A stretch of DNA of 64,000 nt, taken from the NCBI GenBank assembly GCA_948466335.1, contig CAOKAE010000004.1:1342-65341 (forward strand). Direction: 5' to 3'. Made by a program: the position numbers and the translations under genes. The notes under the pieces are model-generated. The model saw nothing but the letters and a program-made list of their open reading frames with translations, ran no database searches and was not told the origin of the DNA. Shown here in pieces: positions 52,554 through 61,474 of the stretch; position 1 is the first letter of the stretch, and the number at the start of each line of letters is the position of its first letter. This DNA is from an uncultured Coriobacteriia bacterium. GTDB taxonomy: Bacteria; Actinomycetota; Coriobacteriia; Coriobacteriales; QAMH01.

Positions 52554-53666
52554 CTACAACCCCAACACCTCTGCCGCACGCTCGAGCTCGGCGACGATGG
52601 GAATCTGCTGAGGACATACCTTCTCGCAAGCGCCACACTGCAGACATTCGCTCGGCTTGCGCCTGTTCTTGCGCTCGCCGCCCACGATCCACTCGTTCTT
52701 GTAGCTGCCGAACATCTTGTACGCGTTGAGCGCGAGCAACGCGCCCGATATGCCGATGTTCGCGGGACACGCCTTTGCGCAATAGTCGCAGCCCGTGCAC
52801 GGGATGAGGTCGAACTTCGCGAACTCGTCCTGTGCGCGGTGTATGACGGCGTATTCGCCAGCGGTCATGGGCTCGAAGCCCCTCATCGTGCGGATGTTGG
52901 CCTCCATCTGCGCAAGGTCGCTCATGCCCGAGAGCACAACGGCCACATCCGGTTGGCTCGCGGCGAAGCGCAGCGCCCATGAAGCGCAGGTGCTATCCGG
53001 GCTCGCCTCTTCGAAGACGCGACGCACCGACTCGGGCGGATTGGCGAGCAAGCCGCCACGCAGCGGCTCCATGACAACGACGGGCTTGCCATGCTTGCGC
53101 GCTACCTCAAGACAGGCATGGCTCTGGTGTACGGGATTATCCCAGTCGAGATAGTTCACCTGGAGCTGCACGAACTCGACTTCCGGATGCTCGCTCAGAA
53201 TCGCATCGAGCGCATCGGCGCTATCGTGGATGGAGAGGCCCAGATGGCGAATGACGCCCTCCTCGAGCTTGCGCTGCACGAAATCCCACATGTCGAAGCG
53301 GTCGAACGCGCCGGTGCGCACGCTTCCCAGGTTATGCATGAGGTAGTAGTCGATATAGCCCGCGCCCGTGCGCTCGAGCGACGTGTCGAGCTGGGCATAC
53401 GCCTCTTCCTTCGTCTCGCACCGTAGCCACGAGGCGGCCTTGGTGGCGAGCAGGAACGCATCGCGCGGGTAGCGCTCGACGAGCGCCTTGCGCGTGGCCT
53501 CCTCGCTTCCCGGATAGGCCCAGGCCGTGTCGAAGTAGTTGAAGCCGGCATCGAGAAAGGCGTCGACCATCTTGCAGAACTGCGGTACGTCAATCTCGCC
53601 GTCGATCTTCGGCAGGCGCATGAGGCCAAAGCCGAGCTTGCCTCGAACATCATCAAAGCAGGTCAT
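52554..53666 (-). CDS. Aldo/keto reductase with C-terminal 4Fe-4S domain
   Basis: LGFGLMRLP, YFDTAWAY, SLERTGAGYIDYYLMH, MEPLRGG, CTGCDYC..CP, CLQCGACEKVCP. Confidence 0.93.
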   Translation of the reverse strand: MTCFDDVRGKLGFGLMRLPKIDGEIDVPQFCKMVDAFLDAGFNYFDTAWAYPGSEEATRKALVERYPRDAFLLATKAASWLRCETKEEAYAQLDTSLERTGAGYIDYYLMHNLGSVRTGAFDRFDMWDFVQRKLEEGVIRHLGLSIHDSADALDAILSEHPEVEFVQLQVNYLDWDNPVHQSHACLEVARKHGKPVVVMEPLRGGLLANPPESVRRVFEEASPDSTCASWALRFAASQPDVAVVLSGMSDLAQMEANIRTMRGFEPMTAGEYAVIHRAQDEFAKFDLIPCTGCDYCAKACPANIGISGALLALNAYKMFGSYKNEWIVGGERKNRRKPSECLQCGACEKVCPQQIPIVAELERAAEVLGL

Positions 53667-54378
53667 CGAAATACCCTTCAATCGGAATGAGCGGGGCGAG
53701 CAGAAGCGTGCCCACATATGGCTGCGCATGCGCCTCAAGCAAGCCGGCCTTCGGCGTAATCATCGTAACGGTCTCATCAGCCACGATGCAATTGTTCGCA
53801 GCGGTGCCGGTCTGGGCATTCAATCCGCTCGGACAGTCGGCTGCGACAACCGGGATGCCACACCCGCTATGCGTTTCATTGACGAGGCGTATCCAGCTCG
53901 CGTAAGGCTCGCGCACCTCGTCATGGGCAAAGCCGGTGCCAAGGATGGCATCGACGATGACGGAGGCGTTTTTAAGCAGCCCGGCGAGCTCGGCTTCCGC
54001 GGGCGCGAGCACGATGTCGAAGCTGTCGGTCGCTATCGCCTCGAGCGCGGCCGTGCGGGCTGGATCGGCTGCAAGCTCTTCGGCTCCCGACTTGGTTACG
54101 AGGGTCACGTTGCGTCCTGCCGCAGCAAGCACGCGCGCCGCCACCCATCCATCGCCACCGTTGTTGCCCGACCCCGCGAGGACGACGATCGGCGCGCCTG
54201 CTGGCGCATGCGCTTCGATAGCGTGAGCGAGCGCCGTGCCCGCACGGGTCATGAGCTCCAAGAGCGAGGTGCCATCATGCGCGATGCGCTGCTCGAGCGC
54301 GACGACCTCGGGCACGTCGAGAAGCGGAGCCTGAGCCGAGCTGCCATCCACGCACTGCATGTTGATGATTCGTGTCAT
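53653..54378 (-). CDS. nnrE: Stand-alone NAD(P)HX epimerase (YjeF N-terminal domain)
   Basis: LMTRAG, GSGNNGGDG, VDAILGTG, DCPSG, ADETVT, KAG. Confidence 0.9.
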   Translation of the reverse strand: MTRIINMQCVDGSSAQAPLLDVPEVVALEQRIAHDGTSLLELMTRAGTALAHAIEAHAPAGAPIVVLAGSGNNGGDGWVAARVLAAAGRNVTLVTKSGAEELAADPARTAALEAIATDSFDIVLAPAEAELAGLLKNASVIVDAILGTGFAHDEVREPYASWIRLVNETHSGCGIPVVAADCPSGLNAQTGTAANNCIVADETVTMITPKAGLLEAHAQPYVGTLLLAPLIPIEGYFDDLL

Positions 54379-54460
54379 GAAAAGCCCTTCGGAGAGCAAT
54401 TGTTGCTTGCAGCGCATTATCTCATGACATGTCTTTACGCAGATGCTGATTGTTATAAGC

Positions 54461-54497
54461 GTTTGCAGATGTTATTATATGTATAACACCTGCAAAC
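54461..54497. promoter_or_regulatory. Operator palindrome upstream of the DinJ-YafQ operon
   Basis: GTTTGCAGATGTTAT-N7-ATAACACCTGCAAAC: 15-bp arms with one mismatch. Confidence 0.75.
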
Positions 54498-54513
54498 GCA
54501 AAGTGAGGGCATT

Positions 54514-54795
54514 ATGAGTACGACATACGCAATACGTGTAGACGAGAACATCAAAAACGAGGCAGCCGAGGTCGCAAAATTCTACGGCCTTGACTTGGCG
54601 AGTATGACGCGGGCACTTTGGGCGCAAATTGCCCGCACCCGCCGTATTCCCCTGGATTTCTGCGAAGAGGAGCCCACCGAGGAGAGTCTTGAGGCCATCC
54701 GCGAGACGCAGGAGATGATCGCAAGCGGCAAGGGCGGTCGCTTCAAGACGGCTCGAGAGCTGCTGGATGCAGCACTGGCGGATACGTCATGTTGA
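54514..54795 (+). CDS. dinJ: RelB/DinJ family antitoxin
   Basis: RHH-type N-terminus (IRVDENIK), RRIPLD, EPTEESLEAI; overlaps the toxin start. Confidence 0.85.
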   Translation: MSTTYAIRVDENIKNEAAEVAKFYGLDLASMTRALWAQIARTRRIPLDFCEEEPTEESLEAIRETQEMIASGKGGRFKTARELLDAALADTSC

Positions 54796-55079
54796 CCGCA
54801 GAGTATAGCCGCGCCTTTTCACGCGACCTCAAGCGCTTGGCAAAGAAGCATATTGACGACGCTCCCCTTGAAGGGGTAATCGCCCTCATTCTCGAAAACA
54901 CGATAGAGTCGCGCGATGAGTTAATTCGTCGCCATGAAATGCACACGCTCAGCGGCGCATGGGATGGCTCCAGCGAATGTCATGTCTGCAACGCTGGCAA
55001 TTGGCTGCTCGTGTGGGCAGTACGCGATGACATTGCGTACTTTCAGCGTACGGGAACCCATGACGAAATCTTCCGCTAG
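54789..55079 (+). CDS. yafQ: YafQ family toxin (ribosome-dependent mRNase)
   Basis: FSRDLKRL, HTLSG, ECHV, WLLVW, RTGTHDEIF. Confidence 0.88.
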   Translation: MLTAEYSRAFSRDLKRLAKKHIDDAPLEGVIALILENTIESRDELIRRHEMHTLSGAWDGSSECHVCNAGNWLLVWAVRDDIAYFQRTGTHDEIFR

Positions 55080-55115
55080 AGTGCGAATCCCCAAGCCATG
55101 AAGGAGGTGAGGCTG

Positions 55116-55367
55116 ATGTCCAAGAAAAAGCGCGCAAAGCGCCATGCTGTTCCAAAATCCGGAGCAGTCTGGCACCAAACGTCCGAGGAAGCGACGCTCG
55201 CGCAGATGCCACGCTATAACGCGTACGCTGGCGGGTACGGTCCGCACGGCAGTGCGAAGTACGACCGCGCCAAAGCCAAGCGTGATTGGCGGCGACAGAT
55301 TGGACAAGAAGGAGCCTCTCGGGGCTCCTTTCCTTTTCTAGAACGCCTCGCCAGAATTATGCGATGA
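55116..55367 (+). CDS. Small basic hypothetical protein; candidate ribosome rescue factor
   Basis: SD AAGGAGGTGA; 83 aa, Lys/Arg-rich; terminator hairpin inside the ORF. Confidence 0.8.
   Translation: MSKKKRAKRHAVPKSGAVWHQTSEEATLAQMPRYNAYAGGYGPHGSAKYDRAKAKRDWRRQIGQEGASRGSFPFLERLARIMR
55309..55339 (+). terminator. Intrinsic terminator inside the 55116 ORF (possibly bidirectional)
   Basis: AAGGAGCC-TCTCG-GGGCTCCTT stem followed by TCCTTTTCT. Confidence 0.75.
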
Positions 55368-55670
55368 AAAACGATCCTGGGGATTGCGGCGCTGATCCTC
55401 GACAGCAAATATCGTTACCGCGCAGGCTTCATCGTCGACACTGTAGTAAATCCCGTAATGCTCGCAAAAGAGCACTCGACACTCAAATGGCGGTCGCATC
55501 GCCTCATAGGCGGGATCATACTCGCGCCCAAGATAAGGCGACTCCTCGAGCAGCTCTATGCACTTTCCCACATGGTCAAATGTCGCATCTGACGGAATCG
55601 CGGCATAGGCATAATAAGCCTCATCGGTAAGGATGACTTCGTAGGGCAAGGAGATATCCCTATCGGGCAT
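55338..55670 (-). CDS. RelE/ParE family toxin
   Basis: YEVILTDEA, LEESPYLG, YGIYYSVD..VTIFAVEDQRR; downstream of and overlapping a Phd antitoxin. Confidence 0.8.
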   Translation of the reverse strand: MPDRDISLPYEVILTDEAYYAYAAIPSDATFDHVGKCIELLEESPYLGREYDPAYEAMRPPFECRVLFCEHYGIYYSVDDEACAVTIFAVEDQRRNPQDRFSSHNSGEAF

Positions 55671-55959
55671 GGCGTGCTTCCCTCGCCGCTGCCGCATCCT
55701 CACGAGCTTGAGCCAGGCTTCGCGTCCGTCCTGCCTGCGCATCGTCATAACCGCGCATGATGGCATTGTAGACGCGAGTTTCCCTGTCAAGAACGGCCTG
55801 GTGAACCGCCATCTCCGAATCGAACGACGCAGCGTCCATTATCACGAGAGCTGCCGTCCCGTTCTTCGTGAGGTAGATGGGCTTACCGCTTTCCTGACAC
55901 TCCCTCGTAATCTCAGCCATATTGCGCTGAAGATCGGATATGGGCATAACTACCGGCAT
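55660..55959 (-). CDS. Phd/YefM family antitoxin
   Basis: PISDLQRN, KPIYLTKNG..LVIMD; SD GGAGG. Confidence 0.88.
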   Translation of the reverse strand: MPVVMPISDLQRNMAEITRECQESGKPIYLTKNGTAALVIMDAASFDSEMAVHQAVLDRETRVYNAIMRGYDDAQAGRTRSLAQAREDAAAAREARHAR

Positions 55960-56082
55960 AAGACACCTCCGCTCTGTCGTCATTGCTATCATACCAAGTA
56001 AGCTAAAGAGAAAGCATAGTTTTCATAATATTTTATGCAAATTTTATAGACAAAGTATCCGCTGCAATCGAGAGGAGGCCTC

Positions 56083-56607
56083 ATGAACGCACGTGAAATT
56101 TATCTCGCTGGTGGGTGCTTCTGGGGCACCGAGGCGTACTTGAAGAAGCTGCCTGGCGTCATAGACACAGAAGTCGGCTACGCGAATGCAAACGTGTGTG
56201 GCCCCTCCTACGAGGACGTATGCACGGGTGCAACAGATGCGGCCGAGGCCGTGAAGGTCACGTACGACGCCGATATCATCTCATTACCTCTGCTCTTGCA
56301 GGCCTATCTACGCACCATCGATCCGTTCTCACTCAACCGCCAGGGCAACGATGTAGGCACGCAGTATCGCACCGGCATCTACTGGGCGGACCCGGATGAT
56401 GAGCGTGCGGTGGAGTCGACGCTTATCGGGATTGCCCGCAGGGCCGGAAAGCAGCCAGCCGTGGAAGCTGCTGCGCTCACGAACTTCTATCCGGCAGAAG
56501 GCTATCACCAGGATTACCTTGGCAAGAACCCCTTTGGATATTGCCATGTGAACCTCGCGGATGCCGATGCGTTCATCGCCGAACATGCGACGGATTTTGG
56601 AGCTTAA
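56083..56607 (+). CDS. msrA: Peptide-methionine (S)-S-oxide reductase
   Basis: LAGGCFWG, GYAN, YEDVC, QYRTGIY, AEGYHQDYL..YCH. Confidence 0.96.
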   Translation: MNAREIYLAGGCFWGTEAYLKKLPGVIDTEVGYANANVCGPSYEDVCTGATDAAEAVKVTYDADIISLPLLLQAYLRTIDPFSLNRQGNDVGTQYRTGIYWADPDDERAVESTLIGIARRAGKQPAVEAAALTNFYPAEGYHQDYLGKNPFGYCHVNLADADAFIAEHATDFGA

Positions 56608-56621
56608 GTTAAGGAGCCATA

Positions 56622-56969
56622 ATGTCATTTGCAGAAGTGTGCATATATCAAGTAAAGCCGCAGAGGGTCGAGGAATTCGAAACACTCATGCAAGAGGCTA
56701 AAGGGCTCCTCGAGCAGCAACCCGGTCTCTTGTCGCTTCGTCTCATCAAGCGCGGATATCGCATCGACATGGAGCAAATTCGCGATGGCCTGCCGCCCAT
56801 CAAACTCACACGCGTCGTGAAGAGCGTGAAGTACGTGCTCGTCTGGGAATTCGATTCGAAGGAAAGCTACGGACTAGCCCAGAAAGCCCTATACGAAAGC
56901 TATTGGAAGCCCATCGAGCGCTGCCTCATAGCGCCCCATGACAAGTATCTCGGCGAAAGCCTGTTTTAG
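56622..56969 (+). CDS. ABM-like dimeric alpha/beta barrel hypothetical protein
   Basis: YQVKP..EEFE, PGLLS, YVLVWEF pattern; located in the msrA operon. Confidence 0.65.
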   Translation: MSFAEVCIYQVKPQRVEEFETLMQEAKGLLEQQPGLLSLRLIKRGYRIDMEQIRDGLPPIKLTRVVKSVKYVLVWEFDSKESYGLAQKALYESYWKPIERCLIAPHDKYLGESLF

Positions 56970-56981
56970 TAAGGAGTCGTT

Positions 56982-57359
56982 ATGTCCAACGAAATCCTGT
57001 TTCTGGAATATCCGAAATGCTCTACCTGCAAGAAGGCCAAGAAGTGGCTCGACGAGCATGACGTGAGTTATACGGCGCGTCACATCGTGGAGGACAATCC
57101 CAACGTCGACGAGCTTCGCGCATGGCACAAGCGCAACGGACTCCCCCTCAAACGCTTCTTCAATACGAGCGGCATGTTGTATCGCGAGATGGAACTGTCG
57201 AAGAAACTGCCGGATATGAGCGAGGATGAACAATATGCCCTGCTCGCCAGCAACGGCATGTTCGTGAAACGCCCGCTGCTGGTGACCGATACGACGGTGA
57301 TTCCCGGCTTCAAAGAAACGACATGGGAGCAGGCGCTAGGGCTTAGCAATAGAAACTGA
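56982..57359 (+). CDS. ArsC/Spx family (YffB/YusI-like) protein
   Basis: CSTCKKAKKWL, FFNTSG, KRPLLV. Confidence 0.92.
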   Translation: MSNEILFLEYPKCSTCKKAKKWLDEHDVSYTARHIVEDNPNVDELRAWHKRNGLPLKRFFNTSGMLYREMELSKKLPDMSEDEQYALLASNGMFVKRPLLVTDTTVIPGFKETTWEQALGLSNRN

Positions 57360-57617
57360 TGTCGCCTTGGAATGTCTCGCGCCATCTTTCACAAATGTAA
57401 TCGTGATTCAAAGAAATCAGCTCGAGCAAATCAGCCAGGTCGTCTTTAGGAATCCTGCTTTTGTTGTGAGCAAGCAGGCAACCCCCGAAGAGGTCAGCCA
57501 AACCTTTGTCGCATTTTCTTCAGGGCGTTTTTTGGAAATGTGGACATGAACCGGTTCGCCATTCTCCCCAACCCAAAAGAAAAGGATATAGGCGCCGAAC
57601 TGGAGTACTTTAGGCAC
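57343..57617 (-). pseudogene. DUF4160 family (HicA-like) gene frameshifted in a G5 tract
   Basis: EPVHVH..ATKVWLTSS continues as GCLLAHNKSRIP..ICERWRETF..FYC* in another frame; one extra G at 57482-57486 restores 91 codons. Confidence 0.75.
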
Positions 57618-57870
57618 AGACTTTGCCCGCCTCCCGCGAGAAGCGGTAAATCAAAGGAGCGTTGTTCTTAATGATAGTCGCAAGGTCATTGAGTTCTGCC
57701 TCCGAGAATCCTTCAGAATCGCTCCATTCGCAAGGTGGCAAATAGCACGTCGCGTAATCGAAGCCACCGTCAATCGGGCGTTCGACAGAGACCTGAATGG
57801 TACTATCTTCCAGAATGTTCGAGCAGGCAATCTGCGTATCATCTGCAAGCTTGAGATAGTTGTACATCAT
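57610..57870 (-). CDS. Hypothetical protein, probable partner/antitoxin of the DUF4160 gene
   Basis: SD AAGGAGG; acidic, 86 aa; overlaps the DUF4160 start by 8 bp. Confidence 0.75.
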   Translation of the reverse strand: MMYNYLKLADDTQIACSNILEDSTIQVSVERPIDGGFDYATCYLPPCEWSDSEGFSEAELNDLATIIKNNAPLIYRFSREAGKVCA

Positions 57871-57972
57871 CGCAAACAACCTCCTTTCAGCTTCAACTTA
57901 CTCATTATAGCTACTTCAAGCACGCAGACTATCGGCAAGAAATATCGAGTGACGTGGGAGCAAGCGCTAAAT

Positions 57973-58524
57973 CTATAGCCCCAACCTTGCGAGCAGCAGC
58001 TTGGCCTGCGTTGCCAGAGCCTCCCGCTCTTCAGAAGCGAGCTCGAGTTCGTCAGTCGTGTAGTCGTGGCGATTGAGCGCCACCTGAACGTGCGTGGTCT
58101 CCACCAAATCCGTCTGGAGAAACGAAAGCGTCTCGGCAAGGTCGGCTGCGCAGAAACGCGCCTTCGCACCGCCACCCGCACAACTGTAGAGCGTTGGCTT
58201 TTCCTGCATGACCGTTTCCTTCGAACCTTGCGCAATCGGACGTGACAGCCAATCGAGGCAATTCTTCAGCACGCCGGGAATGCCGTGGTTGTACTCGGGT
58301 GCGAAGACCCAGATCGCATCAGCTGCGGCAACCGCATCGCGCACGCGCTGCACGGACTCGGGCGTGGGAAACTCCATATCCTGGTTCATGTAGGGCAAGT
58401 CGGCATAGTCAAGCCAGCTGACCTGCACCGATGCGGGCAATAGACCGCGCACGTATTCGCCTACCTGACGATTGAGCGAGCGCTTGCGAAGTGATCCGCA
58501 GATGAACAGCACGTTCTTTTGCAT
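57973..58524 (-). CDS. NADPH-dependent FMN reductase
   Basis: GSLRKRSLN, PEYNHGIPGVLKNCLDWLSR. Confidence 0.93.
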   Translation of the reverse strand: MQKNVLFICGSLRKRSLNRQVGEYVRGLLPASVQVSWLDYADLPYMNQDMEFPTPESVQRVRDAVAAADAIWVFAPEYNHGIPGVLKNCLDWLSRPIAQGSKETVMQEKPTLYSCAGGGAKARFCAADLAETLSFLQTDLVETTHVQVALNRHDYTTDELELASEEREALATQAKLLLARLGL

Positions 58525-58566
58525 GAGACACCTTTCGCCGGATTATCTTCCGACGAATATGATACG

Positions 58567-59028
58567 TCATGCGCGCAGTTGCTTCTCCATGATTTCGTAC
58601 ACGAGCTTCACGTCATTGCCAACATCGAGCACGCCGTGACCCGTTGTCTTGTAGCCCCGATGCTCGTATAGCATCACCGCAGGTAGCGACGCATCCAACA
58701 CGGCGATGTCATGCTCGCGCGCGATGTGCTCCTCCAGACAATCGAGAATATGCGAACCATAGCCGCGCCCCTGGTGCTCGGGAAGCACGTAGACGCTCGT
58801 GATGTGATTGCCATCGGCGCAACCCACGCCAACGACCTTGCCCTCGACCAGCAGCACGCCTCTATTGCCGGATTCGACACCTTCTTGGGTATGCTCGCGA
58901 CCATGGAGCTGCAGGAAGAAATCGACAACTTCGGCCGGATAGTACTTGGGATATACCGTGCTGATCGTCGTCTGCATGACGTGATGAATTGCATCGATAT
59001 GTTCAGAAGTTGCCGGTATGTACTCCAC
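58567..59028 (-). CDS. GNAT N-acetyltransferase
   Basis: YVLPEHQGRGYG, ASLPAVMLYEHRGY; GTG start with SD GGAGG. Confidence 0.88.
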   Translation of the reverse strand: MEYIPATSEHIDAIHHVMQTTISTVYPKYYPAEVVDFFLQLHGREHTQEGVESGNRGVLLVEGKVVGVGCADGNHITSVYVLPEHQGRGYGSHILDCLEEHIAREHDIAVLDASLPAVMLYEHRGYKTTGHGVLDVGNDVKLVYEIMEKQLRA

Positions 59029-59047
59029 AAGGGCCTCCGTACGCTGC

Positions 59048-59581
59048 CTACAACACGTACTCGAACATATCGAGGTCGACCATGCCCAGATCATCGTAGA
59101 AGACCGGATGCGCGCCATGATTGATGAAGCCGAGCTTGTCGTAGAGCCCGTGCGAGCGCACGTTGTCGACGAAGGTGTCGAGCTGCAAAGCGCGCAGGCC
59201 GTCCTCGCGTGCCACGTCGATGGCAAACTCCATGAGCCTCGACGCATAGCCACGTCCGTGATAGGCCGGACGCGTGGCGACCGAATGCACGATGCCCAGC
59301 TCCTCGAGCGGTGCGTCCACCTCCCAGGGAGCCTTCTCGTAGCCAGGGGCCCTGTCGTGGTTGACGACGAGCGCCGTCGCGATGTCGCCATCGCCGGTGA
59401 TGCCGATGAACATCTGGCCATTCTCCACGGACTCGCGCAAATGCGCGTCAGTCGGGTGCTTGTCATGCTGCCAGAGGATGTCGAAGTCCGTCCCCTGCAT
59501 CTCCTCGATCATGTTGTAGTAGAAGTCCATGACGGCATCCTTGTCCGTCAGCGCTGCCCTGCGCGTCAAAAGGAACCCCAT
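59048..59581 (-). CDS. GNAT N-acetyltransferase
   Basis: VATRPAYHGRGYA, NVRSHGLYDKLGF. Start could instead be 59593. Confidence 0.88.
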   Translation of the reverse strand: MGFLLTRRAALTDKDAVMDFYYNMIEEMQGTDFDILWQHDKHPTDAHLRESVENGQMFIGITGDGDIATALVVNHDRAPGYEKAPWEVDAPLEELGIVHSVATRPAYHGRGYASRLMEFAIDVAREDGLRALQLDTFVDNVRSHGLYDKLGFINHGAHPVFYDDLGMVDLDMFEYVL

Positions 59582-59697
59582 CACCACCCCCATCGTTCGT
59601 GGCCTTTGCTACAGAATAGCCGCTTGTGCGGCAATGTAACAGAGGCCGTCCCGTGGGACGGCCTCTGTCGCTAAGAGCTCATGTAAACGGGGGCGCA

Positions 59698-60837
59698 TTA
59701 CTCGCGCTTGATGGTATCGACCTCGACGTCGGTTTCGTTGGCGTCCTTCCTCACGTACACGAAGCCCAGCTCGCCGTCCACGGGCAGCTCGTTGTAAGCG
59801 ACCATCTCGGCAATCTCGGCCGGCGTGGCGCTCTTGGGCTCGGTCTCGAGCAGGTAAGCAACGGGAGCGCGGCGCTCCATGGCCTCACGGTACTCCTTGG
59901 TGCCCACGAAGACCTCATGCTTGTACGGGTTGACGTGCAGCTTCTTGGCACGGTAGATGATGTAGCCGAGTGCCAGGATGTTGGCAATCAAGGCGATGGA
60001 GGCGACCACGGTGTTGACCGCCGGGTCGTTCACCGACTGCACCGCGAAGATGGAGTCGTTGGCGAACATGGGCACCATCTGGCAGAACATGCACCACATC
60101 GAGAGAGTAAACGCACGGTTCTGGATCCAACCGCCCTTGTTCCAGATGAGGCCGGCGATGGTCGGTGCCAAAAGGAGCGCAATGCCACAGTACCAAGAAT
60201 GCGTCGGCAGGCAGTTGTAGGTGTAGCAGAAGTTCCAGAGGTCGTAGGCGATGATGAAGACCCACGTCATGTCGGGCCACAGCATGTCCTGGCGCTTCTT
60301 GGAGATGTAGATGCCGAACCAGCCGGTCATGCACAGGATGTTGAGCAGGCCCGCGCAGCCGTTGAGGACGTTGAAGATGCCGCCGTTGAGCAGCACGCCC
60401 TCGTCGGTGACGAAGCTGGAGTCCCAGGCCACGACGGCGCTCTCGAAGTCGCTCGCGACCGCGATCAGGATGTTGATGGCCACGATCACGAACGGGAACG
60501 CCTTGAACCAGTGGGACCTGCCGACCTTGCCCCAACTGTACTTGAGGGCCATGAAGCCGATGCATCCCGCCGTCGCGGCGTACACCTTGGCGTAGTGGAA
60601 CCAGCCGCCCATGGTCTGGTAGGTGGGGTTGTTGAGCGCCCATTCGGCACCCATGGCGGCGCCCACTTCCACGGCAATGCAGTACACGGTCATGAAGCCG
60701 CACACGCCGATGAACATGAATATGCCGCCTGCCTTCGTGCGTCGGGCAAATTCGTTGAGCAGGATGAGCGCGACGAGCACCATGATGAGGCCCGTCCATT
60801 GGAATGGGGCGTTGGCCCCGTAAACGTCGAATAGCAT
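59698..60837 (-). CDS. DUF5692 family membrane protein
   Basis: WFHYAKVYAATAG, INILIAV, DMLWPDM, YDLWNFCY, WIQNRA; SD AAGGAGG. Confidence 0.85.
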   Translation of the reverse strand: MLFDVYGANAPFQWTGLIMVLVALILLNEFARRTKAGGIFMFIGVCGFMTVYCIAVEVGAAMGAEWALNNPTYQTMGGWFHYAKVYAATAGCIGFMALKYSWGKVGRSHWFKAFPFVIVAINILIAVASDFESAVVAWDSSFVTDEGVLLNGGIFNVLNGCAGLLNILCMTGWFGIYISKKRQDMLWPDMTWVFIIAYDLWNFCYTYNCLPTHSWYCGIALLLAPTIAGLIWNKGGWIQNRAFTLSMWCMFCQMVPMFANDSIFAVQSVNDPAVNTVVASIALIANILALGYIIYRAKKLHVNPYKHEVFVGTKEYREAMERRAPVAYLLETEPKSATPAEIAEMVAYNELPVDGELGFVYVRKDANETDVEVDTIKRE

Positions 60838-60853
60838 TTCAATCCCTCCTTGC

Positions 60854-61450
60854 TTAGGACCTATCGAGATGGAGTGTCTGGGCAATTACGTCGGCGATGA
60901 TGGCGTCGTCGGCATCCGGATGCTTGCGCAGATATCCAATCACACCGAGCACGAGCACGTAGAACGTCTCGTACAGGTGCTGAATCCGTATGTCATGCAG
61001 TTCCGCATAGTCGCGGACGGTGGTGTCGATGATGTAGCGCGTGGTCTCATCTGCCACGCGATTCACGAACTCGAGGTAAAGCGCGGCATTCTCGCGCGAC
61101 GAGAGCGCGACGTGGAAGGCATCGTCTTCGAACAGGCCGATACGCAGAAGCTTGACGATCGTGCGGAGCGCGTGGTCGACGTCGCCTTCGATGCGCCCTT
61201 CATTCCAGAGCTCGAGGGCTTCGATGTAGTCCTGGATATAGTCGTCGAGGACGGCGGAAGTGACGGCATCTTTGTCGGGGAAGTAATGATAGAAGAGCGT
61301 GCGCGTGACTCCGACACGTTCCGTGATGTCCTTCACGGTCGTGCGTGAAAGACCGCGTTCCTCGTAGAGTTCGCGCGCCGCTGCAACGATTTCCAACCGA
61401 CGTGTATCGCTGCGACTTGCCGATATGTCAGCTGTGTTCTCCACGCTCAC
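60854..61450 (-). CDS. TetR family regulator
   Basis: TTVKDITERVGVTRTLFYHYFPDK HTH. Confidence 0.93.
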   Translation of the reverse strand: MSVENTADISASRSDTRRLEIVAAARELYEERGLSRTTVKDITERVGVTRTLFYHYFPDKDAVTSAVLDDYIQDYIEALELWNEGRIEGDVDHALRTIVKLLRIGLFEDDAFHVALSSRENAALYLEFVNRVADETTRYIIDTTVRDYAELHDIRIQHLYETFYVLVLGVIGYLRKHPDADDAIIADVIAQTLHLDRS

Positions 61451-61474
61451 TCCCCGTCCCTCAATCCGCGTATT

